This document shows, in pieces, positions 10,728-19,615 of a stretch of 64,000 nt of DNA. The notes under the pieces were generated by a model, which worked only from the letters and a program-made list of their open reading frames with translations, had not been told where the DNA came from and searched no databases. Source of the stretch: Bacillales bacterium UBA6120 (lineage in GTDB: Bacteria; Bacillota_I; Bacilli_A; RFN20; CAG-826); NCBI GenBank assembly GCA_002422535.1, contig DIVY01000003.1:10523-74522 (forward strand), read 5' to 3'. Position 1 is the stretch's first letter; each line of letters starts with the position of its first letter. The translations under genes were made by a program, and so were the position numbers.

Positions 10728-10877
10728 TTAACGACTTTCTTTATGGATGGTAACCTTGTTGCAACGCGGACAATATTTTTTCAATTCGAAGCGATCATTA
10801 GAGAGACCACGCCGACGTGACGTCTCGTAATTTCTTGCAAGACATTCCGAGCAAATTAAAATGATTTTTTCACGCAT
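10728..10877 (-). CDS. rpmG: 50S ribosomal protein L33 (zinc-ribbon form)
   Basis: Not in the ORF track because it is shorter than 60 aa. Hand translation: [49 protein letters not shown] (49 aa). This is the L33 signature with two CxxC pairs, in the conserved position upstream of secE-nusG. Confidence 0.88.
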   Translation of the reverse strand: MREKIILICSECLARNYETSRRRGLSNDRFELKKYCPRCNKVTIHKESR

Positions 10878-10913
10878 ATATTTACCATACTATTTAATTA
10901 TTTAAGCGTAAAA

Positions 10914-10943
10914 AATATACCACGAATCTATATTAAATGTCAA
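10914..10943 (-). promoter_or_regulatory. Promoter for rpmG-secE-nusG (-35 TTGACA, 18 nt, extended -10 TGgTATATT)
   Basis: The minus strand reads TTGACA-tttaatatagattcgTGG-TATATT, in the sigH-rpmG spacer. Confidence 0.5.
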
Positions 10944-10965
10944 TTGTTTGCGTTTTAACATTTGG

Positions 10966-11559
10966 TTATTCCAAATCGATTTTATACGCTTTGGCGATTC
11001 GTTCGACCGTCCGTGAAATATGCCGGTAACTTTTGTGAAATATCTTTCCAATTTCCGTAAAAGAATATCCTATTAATCGATAGGCGATAATTGCCTTATC
11101 TTGCGGTGTTAAAGCGTTATTCGGGTCTTCAGCCAGTTCTAACATTGTCTTTTCAGTCACCGCTTTAATTGACTCGTCTTGGTGACCAATAATGTCATAA
11201 AGACAGCCGCCTTCTTCGAGTGCTTCATCAAATGATATTGCCGTATTCAATAAGTTTTGATTGAATGTGTTATATCTTTTGATTTCATTGACTAGGTCGC
11301 GTTCTAGTAAAAAATGATAGTAAGCATCAAAAACAGTTTTTTGGGGATCATAAGAATCGATGGCGTTATAAAGTGATTGCATGGCAATGGTTTTTAAATC
11401 ACCATGTTCTAACCCACAGTAGCGGTTGTCTTTCAACAAACGATAAATGAGTTTATCTTGTTTATTTTTCATTCGGTAAAACAGAATTCGTTCTGCTTCT
11501 TGGTTGCCTTGCCTAATCAAAAAGACGAGTTCATCGTCGCTCACATCAAAGTCAAACAT
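10966..11559 (-). CDS. sigH: RNA polymerase sigma factor, SigH-like (sigma-70 family, regions 2 and 4)
   Basis: 197 aa. The C-terminal region-4 HTH reads LTPQDKAIIAYRLIGYSFTEIGKIFHKSYRHISRTVERI. It occupies the conserved position between rlmB and rpmG, as sigH does in Bacillus. SD AGGAG 8 nt upstream. Confidence 0.75.
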   Translation of the reverse strand: MFDFDVSDDELVFLIRQGNQEAERILFYRMKNKQDKLIYRLLKDNRYCGLEHGDLKTIAMQSLYNAIDSYDPQKTVFDAYYHFLLERDLVNEIKRYNTFNQNLLNTAISFDEALEEGGCLYDIIGHQDESIKAVTEKTMLELAEDPNNALTPQDKAIIAYRLIGYSFTEIGKIFHKSYRHISRTVERIAKAYKIDLE

Positions 11560-11582
11560 AAAAATGTCTCCTGTTCAATCAT

Positions 11583-12302
11583 TTAAAGGGGGAAACGTTG
11601 CGAGTGGATATGACTAAGCAGGACCGCGCTAGCAGCGGAAGCATTGATGGAGTTTATTTGTCCCACCATGGGAATTTGAACAATCACATCGCTATTTTTT
11701 AAAAGTAACGGGGAAACGCCATCGCCCTCAGAACCGACGATAAGCGCGATTTTGCGCTTGTAATCGAAAGATCGGTAATCAATCGCCCCAGCAATGGCCG
11801 TGCTAACAATCCAATAACCTGCTTGTTTTAATTGCTTAATCGTTTGTGAAAGGTTAATCACTTGGGCAATCGCAACATGTTCAATCGACCCGGCCGATAC
11901 TTTTGCGACAGTGGCCGTCAAACCTACTTGACGATCCTTTTTAATTATTATACCGGCTGCGCCAAAGGCTTCCGCATTGCGAATAATCGCCCCGAAATTC
12001 TGTGGATCTTGGATGGAATCTAAAATCAATAGTAACCCGAATGCTTGTGAATCCGCTTGTCGTAAAAGCACGTCCAAATCAATAAAATCATAAGGACGTA
12101 TTACGGCGACAATTCCCTGATGATGCACTCCCACTAAACGATTTAGCCACTCGTTTTCCTGACGTTCTATCACAATGTGCCGTTCTTCAATTTTTTGCAT
12201 CAAATCACGTCCGTTAAAGCCTAGCGCTAGAAAAACTTTTAGGACACGGTTTGATGCTAGCGCTTGCGCGACAGCATTGCGACCATAGATGTATTGTGCC
12301 AT
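11583..12302 (-). CDS. rlmB: 23S rRNA (guanosine-2'-O)-methyltransferase RlmB (SpoU/TrmH family)
   Basis: 239 aa with an N-terminal substrate-binding region and a C-terminal SPOUT domain (LLILDSIQDPQNFGAIIRNAEAFG, IALIVGSEGDGVS). Confidence 0.88.
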   Translation of the reverse strand: MAQYIYGRNAVAQALASNRVLKVFLALGFNGRDLMQKIEERHIVIERQENEWLNRLVGVHHQGIVAVIRPYDFIDLDVLLRQADSQAFGLLLILDSIQDPQNFGAIIRNAEAFGAAGIIIKKDRQVGLTATVAKVSAGSIEHVAIAQVINLSQTIKQLKQAGYWIVSTAIAGAIDYRSFDYKRKIALIVGSEGDGVSPLLLKNSDVIVQIPMVGQINSINASAASAVLLSHIHSQRFPL

Positions 12303-12348
12303 TTATTTGTTTTCCAGTGTCTCAAATATGTTTCAAGTTTATTATGAT

Positions 12349-13113
12349 TTAATATTCTGTCGAAATACGAATTTCAATTGGATGGATTGCTGTTTTAAGT
12401 TCTTCAAGCAAAGCGGCCGAAGTCGCCGTGCTCATGAAGGCAATACGAATTGATACTCGTAGGCATGGTTGGCCACTTACATTGACAATTTGTGACTGAA
12501 AATCCTTTACAGATAAACCAAGTCGCGAAGTAACCATATGGATTTGTTTCAATATCGGTGTTTCCGTCGGAACAACCAAAGTAATCTTGGGAACGCGACG
12601 CGAAGCATAATGTTCAAGCTTGCGGAGGACGATTAGGGTCACAAGGGCAAGAATAGTGGCCATAAATGCGACGATGAAACGTCCAGCTCCGGCGGCGAGG
12701 CCAATTGCCATCACCAGCCACAATGTCGTTGCAGTCGTTAAACCTTTAATGTCGGTTCCCGTTTGAATAATCGTGCCAGCTCCCAGGAAACCGATGCCAC
12801 TTACAACTTGGGCCGCTAAGCGAGCAGGATCACGATCGGGAAAACCAGCGCTAAAGCCATAGATTGATACGACCATGACCAGAGCAGAGCCAACACCGAC
12901 AAGAATATGAGTGCGCAAACCAGCAGCGTGACCATGGTATTCGCGTTCATATCCAATCGCTCCCGTTAGAAGTGAAGCTACTAGCAATGAACATAAAATG
13001 AGCAACAAGTTGCCCCATGGTCCTAATCCATTAAGCCAATCAATCAAATATTGATCAATCGATAAAATATCACCTGAGGATGAACTAAACATTTTAACAA
13101 AAAAGTGGTCCAT
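12349..13113 (-). CDS. MgtC/SapB-family membrane protein
   Basis: 254 aa. The motif GAIGYEREYHGHAAGLRTHILVGVGSAL is typical of the MgtC N-terminal membrane domain, and it is followed by a C-terminal soluble domain. Confidence 0.75.
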   Translation of the reverse strand: MDHFFVKMFSSSSGDILSIDQYLIDWLNGLGPWGNLLLILCSLLVASLLTGAIGYEREYHGHAAGLRTHILVGVGSALVMVVSIYGFSAGFPDRDPARLAAQVVSGIGFLGAGTIIQTGTDIKGLTTATTLWLVMAIGLAAGAGRFIVAFMATILALVTLIVLRKLEHYASRRVPKITLVVPTETPILKQIHMVTSRLGLSVKDFQSQIVNVSGQPCLRVSIRIAFMSTATSAALLEELKTAIHPIEIRISTEY

Positions 13114-13128
13114 AAAATCATCCCTTTC

Positions 13129-14466
13129 TCATAGTAGCCCACGCGCAATTAATTGTGCGCGAATGGTGTCCGAACCTTGATAGTCTTTCGCATCTTTTAA
13201 TTGCTGATATTGAACAAATAATAGTCGATCAGCAGTGCTAAGAATTGGAAATTTAATATCTAAACCAAGTATATTGAACATCATCTTTAATGTAAAGAAA
13301 CAAGAGGCAAGTTTGGGATAATCGCGATGAGAAACGCGTAATTCATGGTTAATTTCTTTAATTAAATCATTGATAGATGTTAAGGCATTACTCGTATTAA
13401 GATCATCGCTTAAAGCGGTCAAAAACGAATCGAGCAATAAAGGATATTCGCCGCCGACATCAAAGTGAGCAAGTTGCAACGCAACGGCGACTTGACGCAT
13501 TGCTAAAGTCATTTTATTAATTTCAACTTTGGCATTTTCCAGGAAAGATTCAGTAAGGTTTACGGGCAATCGATAATGAGTAGCTAGCAACATTAACCGT
13601 AAAGCCGGTCCGCCAATCTCGGATAGCGCTTGCTTAGAACTGAAAATATTTCCGCGCGATTTGCTCATCTTGTCATCATTAAGCGTAATAAAACCATTAT
13701 GCATCCAAACATTTGCTAATCGCGTACCATTTATAGCCATGCTTTGAGCAATTTCGTTGTCGTGATGAGGGAATTTAAGATCAAAACCGCCACCATGAAT
13801 ATCGATTAATTTATCCTTAAAAAGACTATTGATCATCACGGCGCACTCGGTATGCCATCCGGGCCGTCCCTTGCCCCAAGGACTATCAAAAGAAATCCCT
13901 TCAGTTGTTTTTTTCCACAAAATAAAATCGAGCGGTGAGCGCTTTTTAAAACTTTCTTCGACACGAGCACCGATAATTAACTCATCAGTCTTCATATTCG
14001 ACAAATGGCCATAGTCTTGAATCGAGGCGATGTTGAAAAAAACTTCCCCATCAACAACATAAGCGGCTCCTTTTTCAATCAAACGTCCAATGTAATCGAT
14101 AATCTCATTAATAAATGAGGCGACGCGAGGGGTAATTGTCGGAAGTCTTGAATTTAGGGCGAGGACATCTTCTTCATACGCTTTAATAAAAAAATCGGCG
14201 ATTTCACGTTCATTTTTTTGCGAAGATAAGGCTTTTTGGATAATCTTATCATCGATGTCGGTATAGTTGCTGACATACGTGACTTTATATCCCATATATT
14301 CTAAGAATCGTCGTAGTACATCAAAAACGACGACTGGCCGTAAATTTCCAACATGCACATAATCGTAAACAGTTGGGCCACAAACATACATGCTAATATG
14401 ACCCGATTTAATGGGCCGAAGTGTTTCTATTTTGTTTGACCAGCTATTGTAAAGACGTATTTCCAC
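13129..14466 (-). CDS. cysS: Cysteine--tRNA ligase
   Basis: Class I aaRS with a HIGH-like motif (CGPTVYDYVHVGN) and KMSKS. The probable start is the GTG at 14466 (MEIRLYNSW.., aligning with CysS N-termini) with SD GAGG 6 nt upstream. The ORF-track TTG at 14478 lies inside the SD. Confidence 0.93.
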   Translation of the reverse strand: MEIRLYNSWSNKIETLRPIKSGHISMYVCGPTVYDYVHVGNLRPVVVFDVLRRFLEYMGYKVTYVSNYTDIDDKIIQKALSSQKNEREIADFFIKAYEEDVLALNSRLPTITPRVASFINEIIDYIGRLIEKGAAYVVDGEVFFNIASIQDYGHLSNMKTDELIIGARVEESFKKRSPLDFILWKKTTEGISFDSPWGKGRPGWHTECAVMINSLFKDKLIDIHGGGFDLKFPHHDNEIAQSMAINGTRLANVWMHNGFITLNDDKMSKSRGNIFSSKQALSEIGGPALRLMLLATHYRLPVNLTESFLENAKVEINKMTLAMRQVAVALQLAHFDVGGEYPLLLDSFLTALSDDLNTSNALTSINDLIKEINHELRVSHRDYPKLASCFFTLKMMFNILGLDIKFPILSTADRLLFVQYQQLKDAKDYQGSDTIRAQLIARGLL

Positions 14467-14892
14467 AAATAACCTCAATGTGATATTACTTTATCACATA
14501 ATGTTAAGATTACTTCAACGAGTCGTCAAACTAAATCGACACAATCCACATTCCATTTGGCAATATATTCATCAATACCCAATTTTCGTTTAAGCCCGGC
14601 CATATTCATATAACGAATCATACCAAAAATATTTCTCTCGCCCCAGGGACGATTGTGTACGCCACCAAGCGCCCCCGCGCATGCAACGAAACCAGTAAAT
14701 CCGGGATTGTTGCATTTGATTCTCCATGAGGCATCATAATAGATATTCTAAGGAGTTCGGCGTCTTGAATCACTTTCTGGAAACCTTACCCAAACACTTA
14801 TGAATAGGATTTGATAAGTCAAATGTCAATTAGCCTCGTTTCAACTGGTAAACGATTGAGTAAAAGTTCTCGTCCCTTGAGTTGAAAATCGC

Positions 14893-15558
14893 TCACATAA
14901 TACGCCCGTTTGAAGTGACAATATTCAAAAGTTCGATTGGATGATTAACTAAATAATCGGGTTTTCCAGCTCTTAAAAGATTGGAAGACACATAACCCCA
15001 GCCAACTGAAGCGACCGGAATGTTTGCATTTCTCGCTGTAACGATATCAACAAGAGAATCACCTACAAACAAGGATTCGAATGCCATAATTTTGTGCTCG
15101 TTCATAAAGGCAATAAATGTCGTCACGTCAGGTTTTGGTTCGGCTCCAGGAATTTGCCCTAATGTTCCCGAAAAAAGATGAGGAAAACATGCTTCAATTA
15201 ATAACTCGGCGAATTCATGAGGTTTATTTGAATATACAAAAAGACGAACATCGCTTTGTTTTAACGAGTGTAAAAGCTCATTTATTCCTTGAAAGGGCTT
15301 AGTATTGGCAAGTTGAAACTTAATTTGTCGGTCCATGTAAAGTGTTTTAAAGGTTTGATAGTCGCTCGTAGAAAGGTTCTTGCCTTTCAATGCGCGTTTA
15401 ATTAATAGGTCAGTTCCATTGCCAATAAAGCTAATGGCTTCCATATTACTAATCGTGGGAAGATTAAACATTACTAAGACATCATTAAGCGCCTTGGCAA
15501 TGTCATTAATCGAATCGAGCAGTGTTCCATCAAGGTCGAAAATTACATTTTTTATCAT
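14893..15558 (-). CDS. HAD-superfamily hydrolase (phosphoglycolate phosphatase-like)
   Basis: The DxD motif sits near the N-terminus (MIKNVIFDLDGTLLDS), with later HAD motifs (SNKP, GDS..D). The probable start is the ATG at 15558; the ORF track begins at the TTG at 15576. Confidence 0.8.
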   Translation of the reverse strand: MIKNVIFDLDGTLLDSINDIAKALNDVLVMFNLPTISNMEAISFIGNGTDLLIKRALKGKNLSTSDYQTFKTLYMDRQIKFQLANTKPFQGINELLHSLKQSDVRLFVYSNKPHEFAELLIEACFPHLFSGTLGQIPGAEPKPDVTTFIAFMNEHKIMAFESLFVGDSLVDIVTARNANIPVASVGWGYVSSNLLRAGKPDYLVNHPIELLNIVTSNGRIM

Positions 15559-15611
15559 GAGTTTATGATACAACAAAATTTACCATATTATGAAGGTAAA
15601 TAACCCTATCG

Positions 15612-15640
15612 AAGAAAAAACCCTGCAAAGCAGGGTTATT
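15612..15640 (-). terminator. Rho-independent terminator at the end of the S10-spc-alpha operon (after rplQ)
   Basis: The minus strand reads AACCCTGC-TTT-GCAGGGTT followed by TTTTTTCTTC, immediately 3' of the rplQ stop. Confidence 0.75.
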
Positions 15641-15644
15641 TGTG

Positions 15645-16049
15645 TCATTGAACGAAGGCAATTAAATAGATTGGAGCATTATCGCCTTTGCGATTTTGAA
15701 GGCGCAATGCCCTCGTATAACCACCATTACGTGATTGGTAGCGCGGGCCAATTTCACTAAACAATTTGTCAAGCGCAAGCAAGCCTTTCTTTTCGTCAGC
15801 AATATAGTTGCGAACGATTGAAGCAGCGAGTCGCCGTGAATGAAGATCGCCGGCCTTGGCAAAACCAACCAAGCGATCAGACAGTTTGATTAAGTCGCTA
15901 ACCATGCCGCCAGTAACCATGACTTTTTCTTCAACGATAAGTGTGGATACGAGATTGCGAAGTTGCGATTTATGTTTGCTTGAAGTATAGGGGCTCTTGA
16001 AACGGACGCCACCTTTACCATGTACGTTTTTACGTCCTTGTGTTGCCAT
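15645..16049 (-). CDS. rplQ: 50S ribosomal protein L17 (with a ~13-aa basic N-terminal extension)
   Basis: The C-terminal portion is canonical L17 (..GDLHSRRLAASIVRN..GGYTRALRLQNRKGDNAPIYLIAFV). ATG at 16049 with SD AGGAG 6 nt upstream. Confidence 0.9.
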   Translation of the reverse strand: MATQGRKNVHGKGGVRFKSPYTSSKHKSQLRNLVSTLIVEEKVMVTGGMVSDLIKLSDRLVGFAKAGDLHSRRLAASIVRNYIADEKKGLLALDKLFSEIGPRYQSRNGGYTRALRLQNRKGDNAPIYLIAFVQ

Positions 16050-16058
16050 TGTTATCTC

Positions 16059-17021
16059 CTATTCGACACGGAAGCTATAGCCTAACGCGTTTAGTTTTTC
16101 TTTGACTTCTTTGAGTGATTTCTTGCCGAGGTTACGGACTTTCATCATCTCTTCTTCAGTCTTGTCTGCTAATTCGAGGACGGTTTCAATACCAGCGCGA
16201 CGCAAACAGTTGTAAGACCGGACCGACAAATCGAGTTCCACGATTGGTAGTGGTGGCTTTTGGACATCGCCAGTGGTCGGTTCTTTAATAATATTGACAT
16301 CATAGGTGTCATCTTCAAGATCGATAAACCCTTCAAAATGAGCAATCATAATCTTTGAGGCCATCGAAAGGGCTTCTTGTGGTTTCATGGAGCCATTGGT
16401 CCAAATTTCAAGCGTAAGTTTGTCATAACGGGAATCATGGCCTACACGGGTAGGATCGATGGTGTAGCTGACTTTAGTTACTGGTGTGTAGTTGCTATCA
16501 GTGGCAATCACACCAAGCTTGGTCGTCCTTCGATCGCTCTTGTTGCCTTCGCTAGTCACATAGCCACGACCATTGCGGGCAAGCACGCGCATCTTAAGGT
16601 GACCGGTTTCAGTCACTTTGGCGATGGCGAGTTCGGGATTGATAATGGTCACGCCATATGGAAGCGTGAAGTCAGCGGCAGTTATCGTTTTCGGTCCCGT
16701 GACATCGAGTTCAAGTGTTTTCGTTTCCGTACCATCTTCATCGATTTTAATCACGAGATCTTTAAGATTAAGAATAATGGTGGTCACATCTTCAATCACG
16801 CCATCAAGCGCGGTGAATTCATGACGGGCGCCTTCGATTTCAACGGCATAAACCGAAGCGCCGGGAAGGCTGCTTAATAACACGCGACGTAGCGAATTAC
16901 CAAGCGTTAGGCCAAAACCACGTTCCAGTGGTTCTAAGACGAATCGGCCGTAATTGTGGGAACTGTCGAATAACTTTTTAGTAAAGATTGGTTTTTCGAA
17001 TTGCTTAGCGATATAACTCAT
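16059..17021 (-). CDS. rpoA: DNA-directed RNA polymerase subunit alpha
   Basis: N-terminal domain (FVLEPLERGFGLTLGNSLRRVLLSSLPGA) and C-terminal domain (LDLSVRSYNCLRRAGIETV). The real start is the ATG at 17021 (MSYIAKQFEKP) with SD GGGAGG 9 nt upstream. The ORF-track extension to 17072 overlaps rpsK. Confidence 0.93.
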   Translation of the reverse strand: MSYIAKQFEKPIFTKKLFDSSHNYGRFVLEPLERGFGLTLGNSLRRVLLSSLPGASVYAVEIEGARHEFTALDGVIEDVTTIILNLKDLVIKIDEDGTETKTLELDVTGPKTITAADFTLPYGVTIINPELAIAKVTETGHLKMRVLARNGRGYVTSEGNKSDRRTTKLGVIATDSNYTPVTKVSYTIDPTRVGHDSRYDKLTLEIWTNGSMKPQEALSMASKIMIAHFEGFIDLEDDTYDVNIIKEPTTGDVQKPPLPIVELDLSVRSYNCLRRAGIETVLELADKTEEEMMKVRNLGKKSLKEVKEKLNALGYSFRVE

Positions 17022-17041
17022 GCTTCGTTTCCTCCCTGTTT

Positions 17042-17434
17042 CTAGCCACGTGGCTTCTTTGGCGGACGGCATCCGTTATGGGGGACTGGTGTCGTGTCCG
17101 TAATCATATTAATTGCTAACCCCGCCGCTTGTAAACTACGAACGGCGGCTTCACGTCCGGGACCTGGTCCCTTGACGTTAACGTCAACGGTCTTAATGCC
17201 TTGGTCGAGCGCGACTTTAGCGCATGCTTCAGCCGCCATGCCAGCGGCAAACGGCGTTGATTTCCGGGCACCTTTATAACCTAAAGCGCCGGGAGTGCTC
17301 CAAGCGATGGCATTGCCGGAATCATCAGTAATCGTGATGATGGTGTTATTGAAAGTAGCATGAATGTGGGCAGTGCCTTTTGTGAAACTGCGCTTGATTT
17401 TCTTCTTGCGCGTGGTTGTGGTTTTAGTAGCCAT
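17042..17434 (-). CDS. rpsK: 30S ribosomal protein S11
   Basis: 130-aa canonical S11 ([18 protein letters not shown]..). Confidence 0.95.
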   Translation of the reverse strand: MATKTTTTRKKKIKRSFTKGTAHIHATFNNTIITITDDSGNAIAWSTPGALGYKGARKSTPFAAGMAAEACAKVALDQGIKTVDVNVKGPGPGREAAVRSLQAAGLAINMITDTTPVPHNGCRPPKKPRG

Positions 17435-17452
17435 AAATTGATACTCCTTTCA

Positions 17453-17830
17453 TTAACCTTGCGTCGCCATTTTCTTATTGGCGATCGTTTTCCGTGGACC
17501 TTTGCGGGTACGGGCATTAGTGCGGGTTCGTTGACCGCGCACGGGTAGGCCTTTACGATGGCGCACGCCACGGTAACAGCCGATTTCTTGAAGACGTTTA
17601 ATGTTTAGTGCGACTTCACGACGAAGATCACCCTCGACTTTGAATTTAGCGACTTGGGTACGAATCGCTAACAATTGTTCCTCGCTTAAGTTTTTAACGC
17701 GAATATCTTCGCTGACTTCAGCCGCGGCGAGAATTTTTTGCGCTGTCGTTAACCCAATCCCAAAAATATAGGTGAGGGCGATCACGACGCGTTTTTCATT
17801 TGGAATGTCGACTCCGACAATACGTGCCAT
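17453..17830 (-). CDS. rpsM: 30S ribosomal protein S13
   Basis: 125 aa beginning [26 protein letters not shown]. Confidence 0.95.
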   Translation of the reverse strand: MARIVGVDIPNEKRVVIALTYIFGIGLTTAQKILAAAEVSEDIRVKNLSEEQLLAIRTQVAKFKVEGDLRREVALNIKRLQEIGCYRGVRHRKGLPVRGQRTRTNARTRKGPRKTIANKKMATQG

Positions 17831-17850
17831 ATCTGTGCGTACTCCTTTAA

Positions 17851-17964
17851 TTAACCTTGTCTTTGCTTATGTTTCGGATTTTCGCAGATGACGGTGACGA
17901 CACCCTTGCGTTTAATAACCTTACATTTGTCGCAAATCGGTTTGACTGATGTTCTTACTTTCAT
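17851..17964 (-). CDS. rpmJ: 50S ribosomal protein L36 (zinc-binding form)
   Basis: Not in the ORF track (37 aa). Hand translation: [37 protein letters not shown], the L36 C-x2-C-x12-C-x4-H signature. It lies between infA and rpsM, as expected. SD AAGGAG 7 nt upstream. Confidence 0.9.
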   Translation of the reverse strand: MKVRTSVKPICDKCKVIKRKGVVTVICENPKHKQRQG

Positions 17965-17981
17965 AGTTTTGCTCCTTGGTA

Positions 17982-18200
17982 TTACTTATACCTGAATGTG
18001 ATGCGGCCCCGTGTTAAGTCATAGGGGGAAATTTGTACCGTAACTCGATCACCTGGTAAAATGCGGATATAGTGCATGCGGATTTTACCAGAAACGTGGG
18101 CCAGAATTACGTGACCATTTTCTAATTTGACCTTAAATGTGGTATTCGGTAAGGTCTCGATAACGGTCGCTTCCATTTCAATTACGTCTTGTTTTGCCAT
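17982..18200 (-). CDS. infA: Translation initiation factor IF-1
   Basis: 72 aa beginning [30 protein letters not shown]. Confidence 0.95.
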   Translation of the reverse strand: MAKQDVIEMEATVIETLPNTTFKVKLENGHVILAHVSGKIRMHYIRILPGDRVTVQISPYDLTRGRITFRYK

Positions 18201-18212
18201 AAAACTTCTCCT

Positions 18213-18959
18213 TCACCGGAGCGTCAGGATTTCATATCCTGTCTCCGTCACGACAATCGTGTTTTCGTAGTGCGCGCATAGTTTCCCATCAATCGTCTTG
18301 ACGGTCCATCCATCGGCGAGCACTCTCGTCTCGTGGCGTCCGGTATTAACCATCGGCTCGATGGCTAAAGTCATTCCGGGGCGTAATAGCGGCCCTTGAT
18401 GGGCCATTCCGTAATTAGGAATCGCCGGATCTTCATGCAGATCGCGTCCAATTCCATGTCCGGTATAGTCGCGAGGCAGACTGAACCCGTGACTTTCGAC
18501 GAACACTTGAATCGTGTGACTGATGTCACTCAAGTGGATGCCCGGCTTCACGATTTTCAAAGCTTCAAAGAAGCTAAGTTCTGTGACTTCCACCAATTTG
18601 CGGGCCAGGGCACTACCTTGGCCGACGATAACGGTGCGGGCGGCATCGCCATGATATCCCTTATAATTGGCGCCGACATCAATTTTGACGACGTCGCCTT
18701 CTTGAAGATGATAATCATTGGGAATGCCATGAATTAGCGTGTCGTTGACAGAGGCACAGATGGCTGATGGAAAACCGCCATAGCCTTTAAACGACGGGAG
18801 GGCGCCGCGGCTTAGAATAATATCTTCGGCCATGGCGTCTAGTTCGCGCGTAGTGACCCCAACATGGCAATGATCAGTTAGGGTTTGAAGCACATCGGCA
18901 ACGATGGCGCCTGCTTGCTTCATAAGCGCGATTTCGCGTGGTGACTTGACGATGATCAC
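18213..18959 (-). CDS. map: Methionine aminopeptidase, type I
   Basis: 248-aa MetAP1 with metal-binding residues in conserved context. Confidence 0.93.
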   Translation of the reverse strand: MIIVKSPREIALMKQAGAIVADVLQTLTDHCHVGVTTRELDAMAEDIILSRGALPSFKGYGGFPSAICASVNDTLIHGIPNDYHLQEGDVVKIDVGANYKGYHGDAARTVIVGQGSALARKLVEVTELSFFEALKIVKPGIHLSDISHTIQVFVESHGFSLPRDYTGHGIGRDLHEDPAIPNYGMAHQGPLLRPGMTLAIEPMVNTGRHETRVLADGWTVKTIDGKLCAHYENTIVVTETGYEILTLR

Positions 18960-19615
18960 TAAACATCAACCTCTTGGAAGATTTTCCTTATTATCAGGAA
19001 TAATTCTTCGAAATCAAGCAATCCATCGACTCGTCTGAGTAAGCCTTTATTTTCATAGAAGGCAATCAGCGGTTTGGTGGATACTTCGTAGTGATCAAGG
19101 CGCACGCGTAACGCCTCGAGATTATCGTCTTTCCGCTGAATTAATGGTCCGCCACACACATCACAGACACCATCAACTTTTGGTTTCATGGTATCGACAT
19201 GGTAGGGGGTTCCACACTTGGAACAAACCCGTCGACCAGTGATACGCCGAATAAGTTCGGGTCGCGATGCCGCAAAATCAATTACGGCATTAATAGGACG
19301 ACCAATCTCTTTTGCAAGCGTATCGAGCGCTTCCGCTTGGGGTAACGTTCTGGGAAAGCCATCAAGGAGATATCCTTTTTGGCAATCAGGACGCGACAAG
19401 CGTTCACGCACGAGGCCAATCGTCACTTCATCGGGCACTAAATCCCCTTTATTGATGAAGGTGGCCGCTAGTTGACCTAAAGGCGTACCTTCTTTCATTG
19501 CTTCCCGGAACATGTCGCCCGTGGAAATATGGGGGATGCCAAATTCGGCGATAATCTTTTTAGCTTGGGTGCCTTTGCCAGCACCGGGAGGGCCCAAGAG
19601 AATGATATTCAGCAT
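18959..19615 (-). CDS. adk: Adenylate kinase (Zn-binding lid)
   Basis: P-loop GPPGAGKGTQ. The lid carries four Cys (CSKCG...CDVCG), marking the Zn-binding form. Confidence 0.95.
   Translation of the reverse strand: MLNIILLGPPGAGKGTQAKKIIAEFGIPHISTGDMFREAMKEGTPLGQLAATFINKGDLVPDEVTIGLVRERLSRPDCQKGYLLDGFPRTLPQAEALDTLAKEIGRPINAVIDFAASRPELIRRITGRRVCSKCGTPYHVDTMKPKVDGVCDVCGGPLIQRKDDNLEALRVRLDHYEVSTKPLIAFYENKGLLRRVDGLLDFEELFLIIRKIFQEVDV

Noticed and set aside
14479-14800. T-box riboswitch upstream of cysS (expected in many Bacillota)
   Set aside because: The only GGUGG-containing stretch (CUUGGUGGCGUACAC) does not fit the T-box consensus AGGGUGGNACCGCG. No antiterminator or terminator pair lies within 100 nt of the cysS start.
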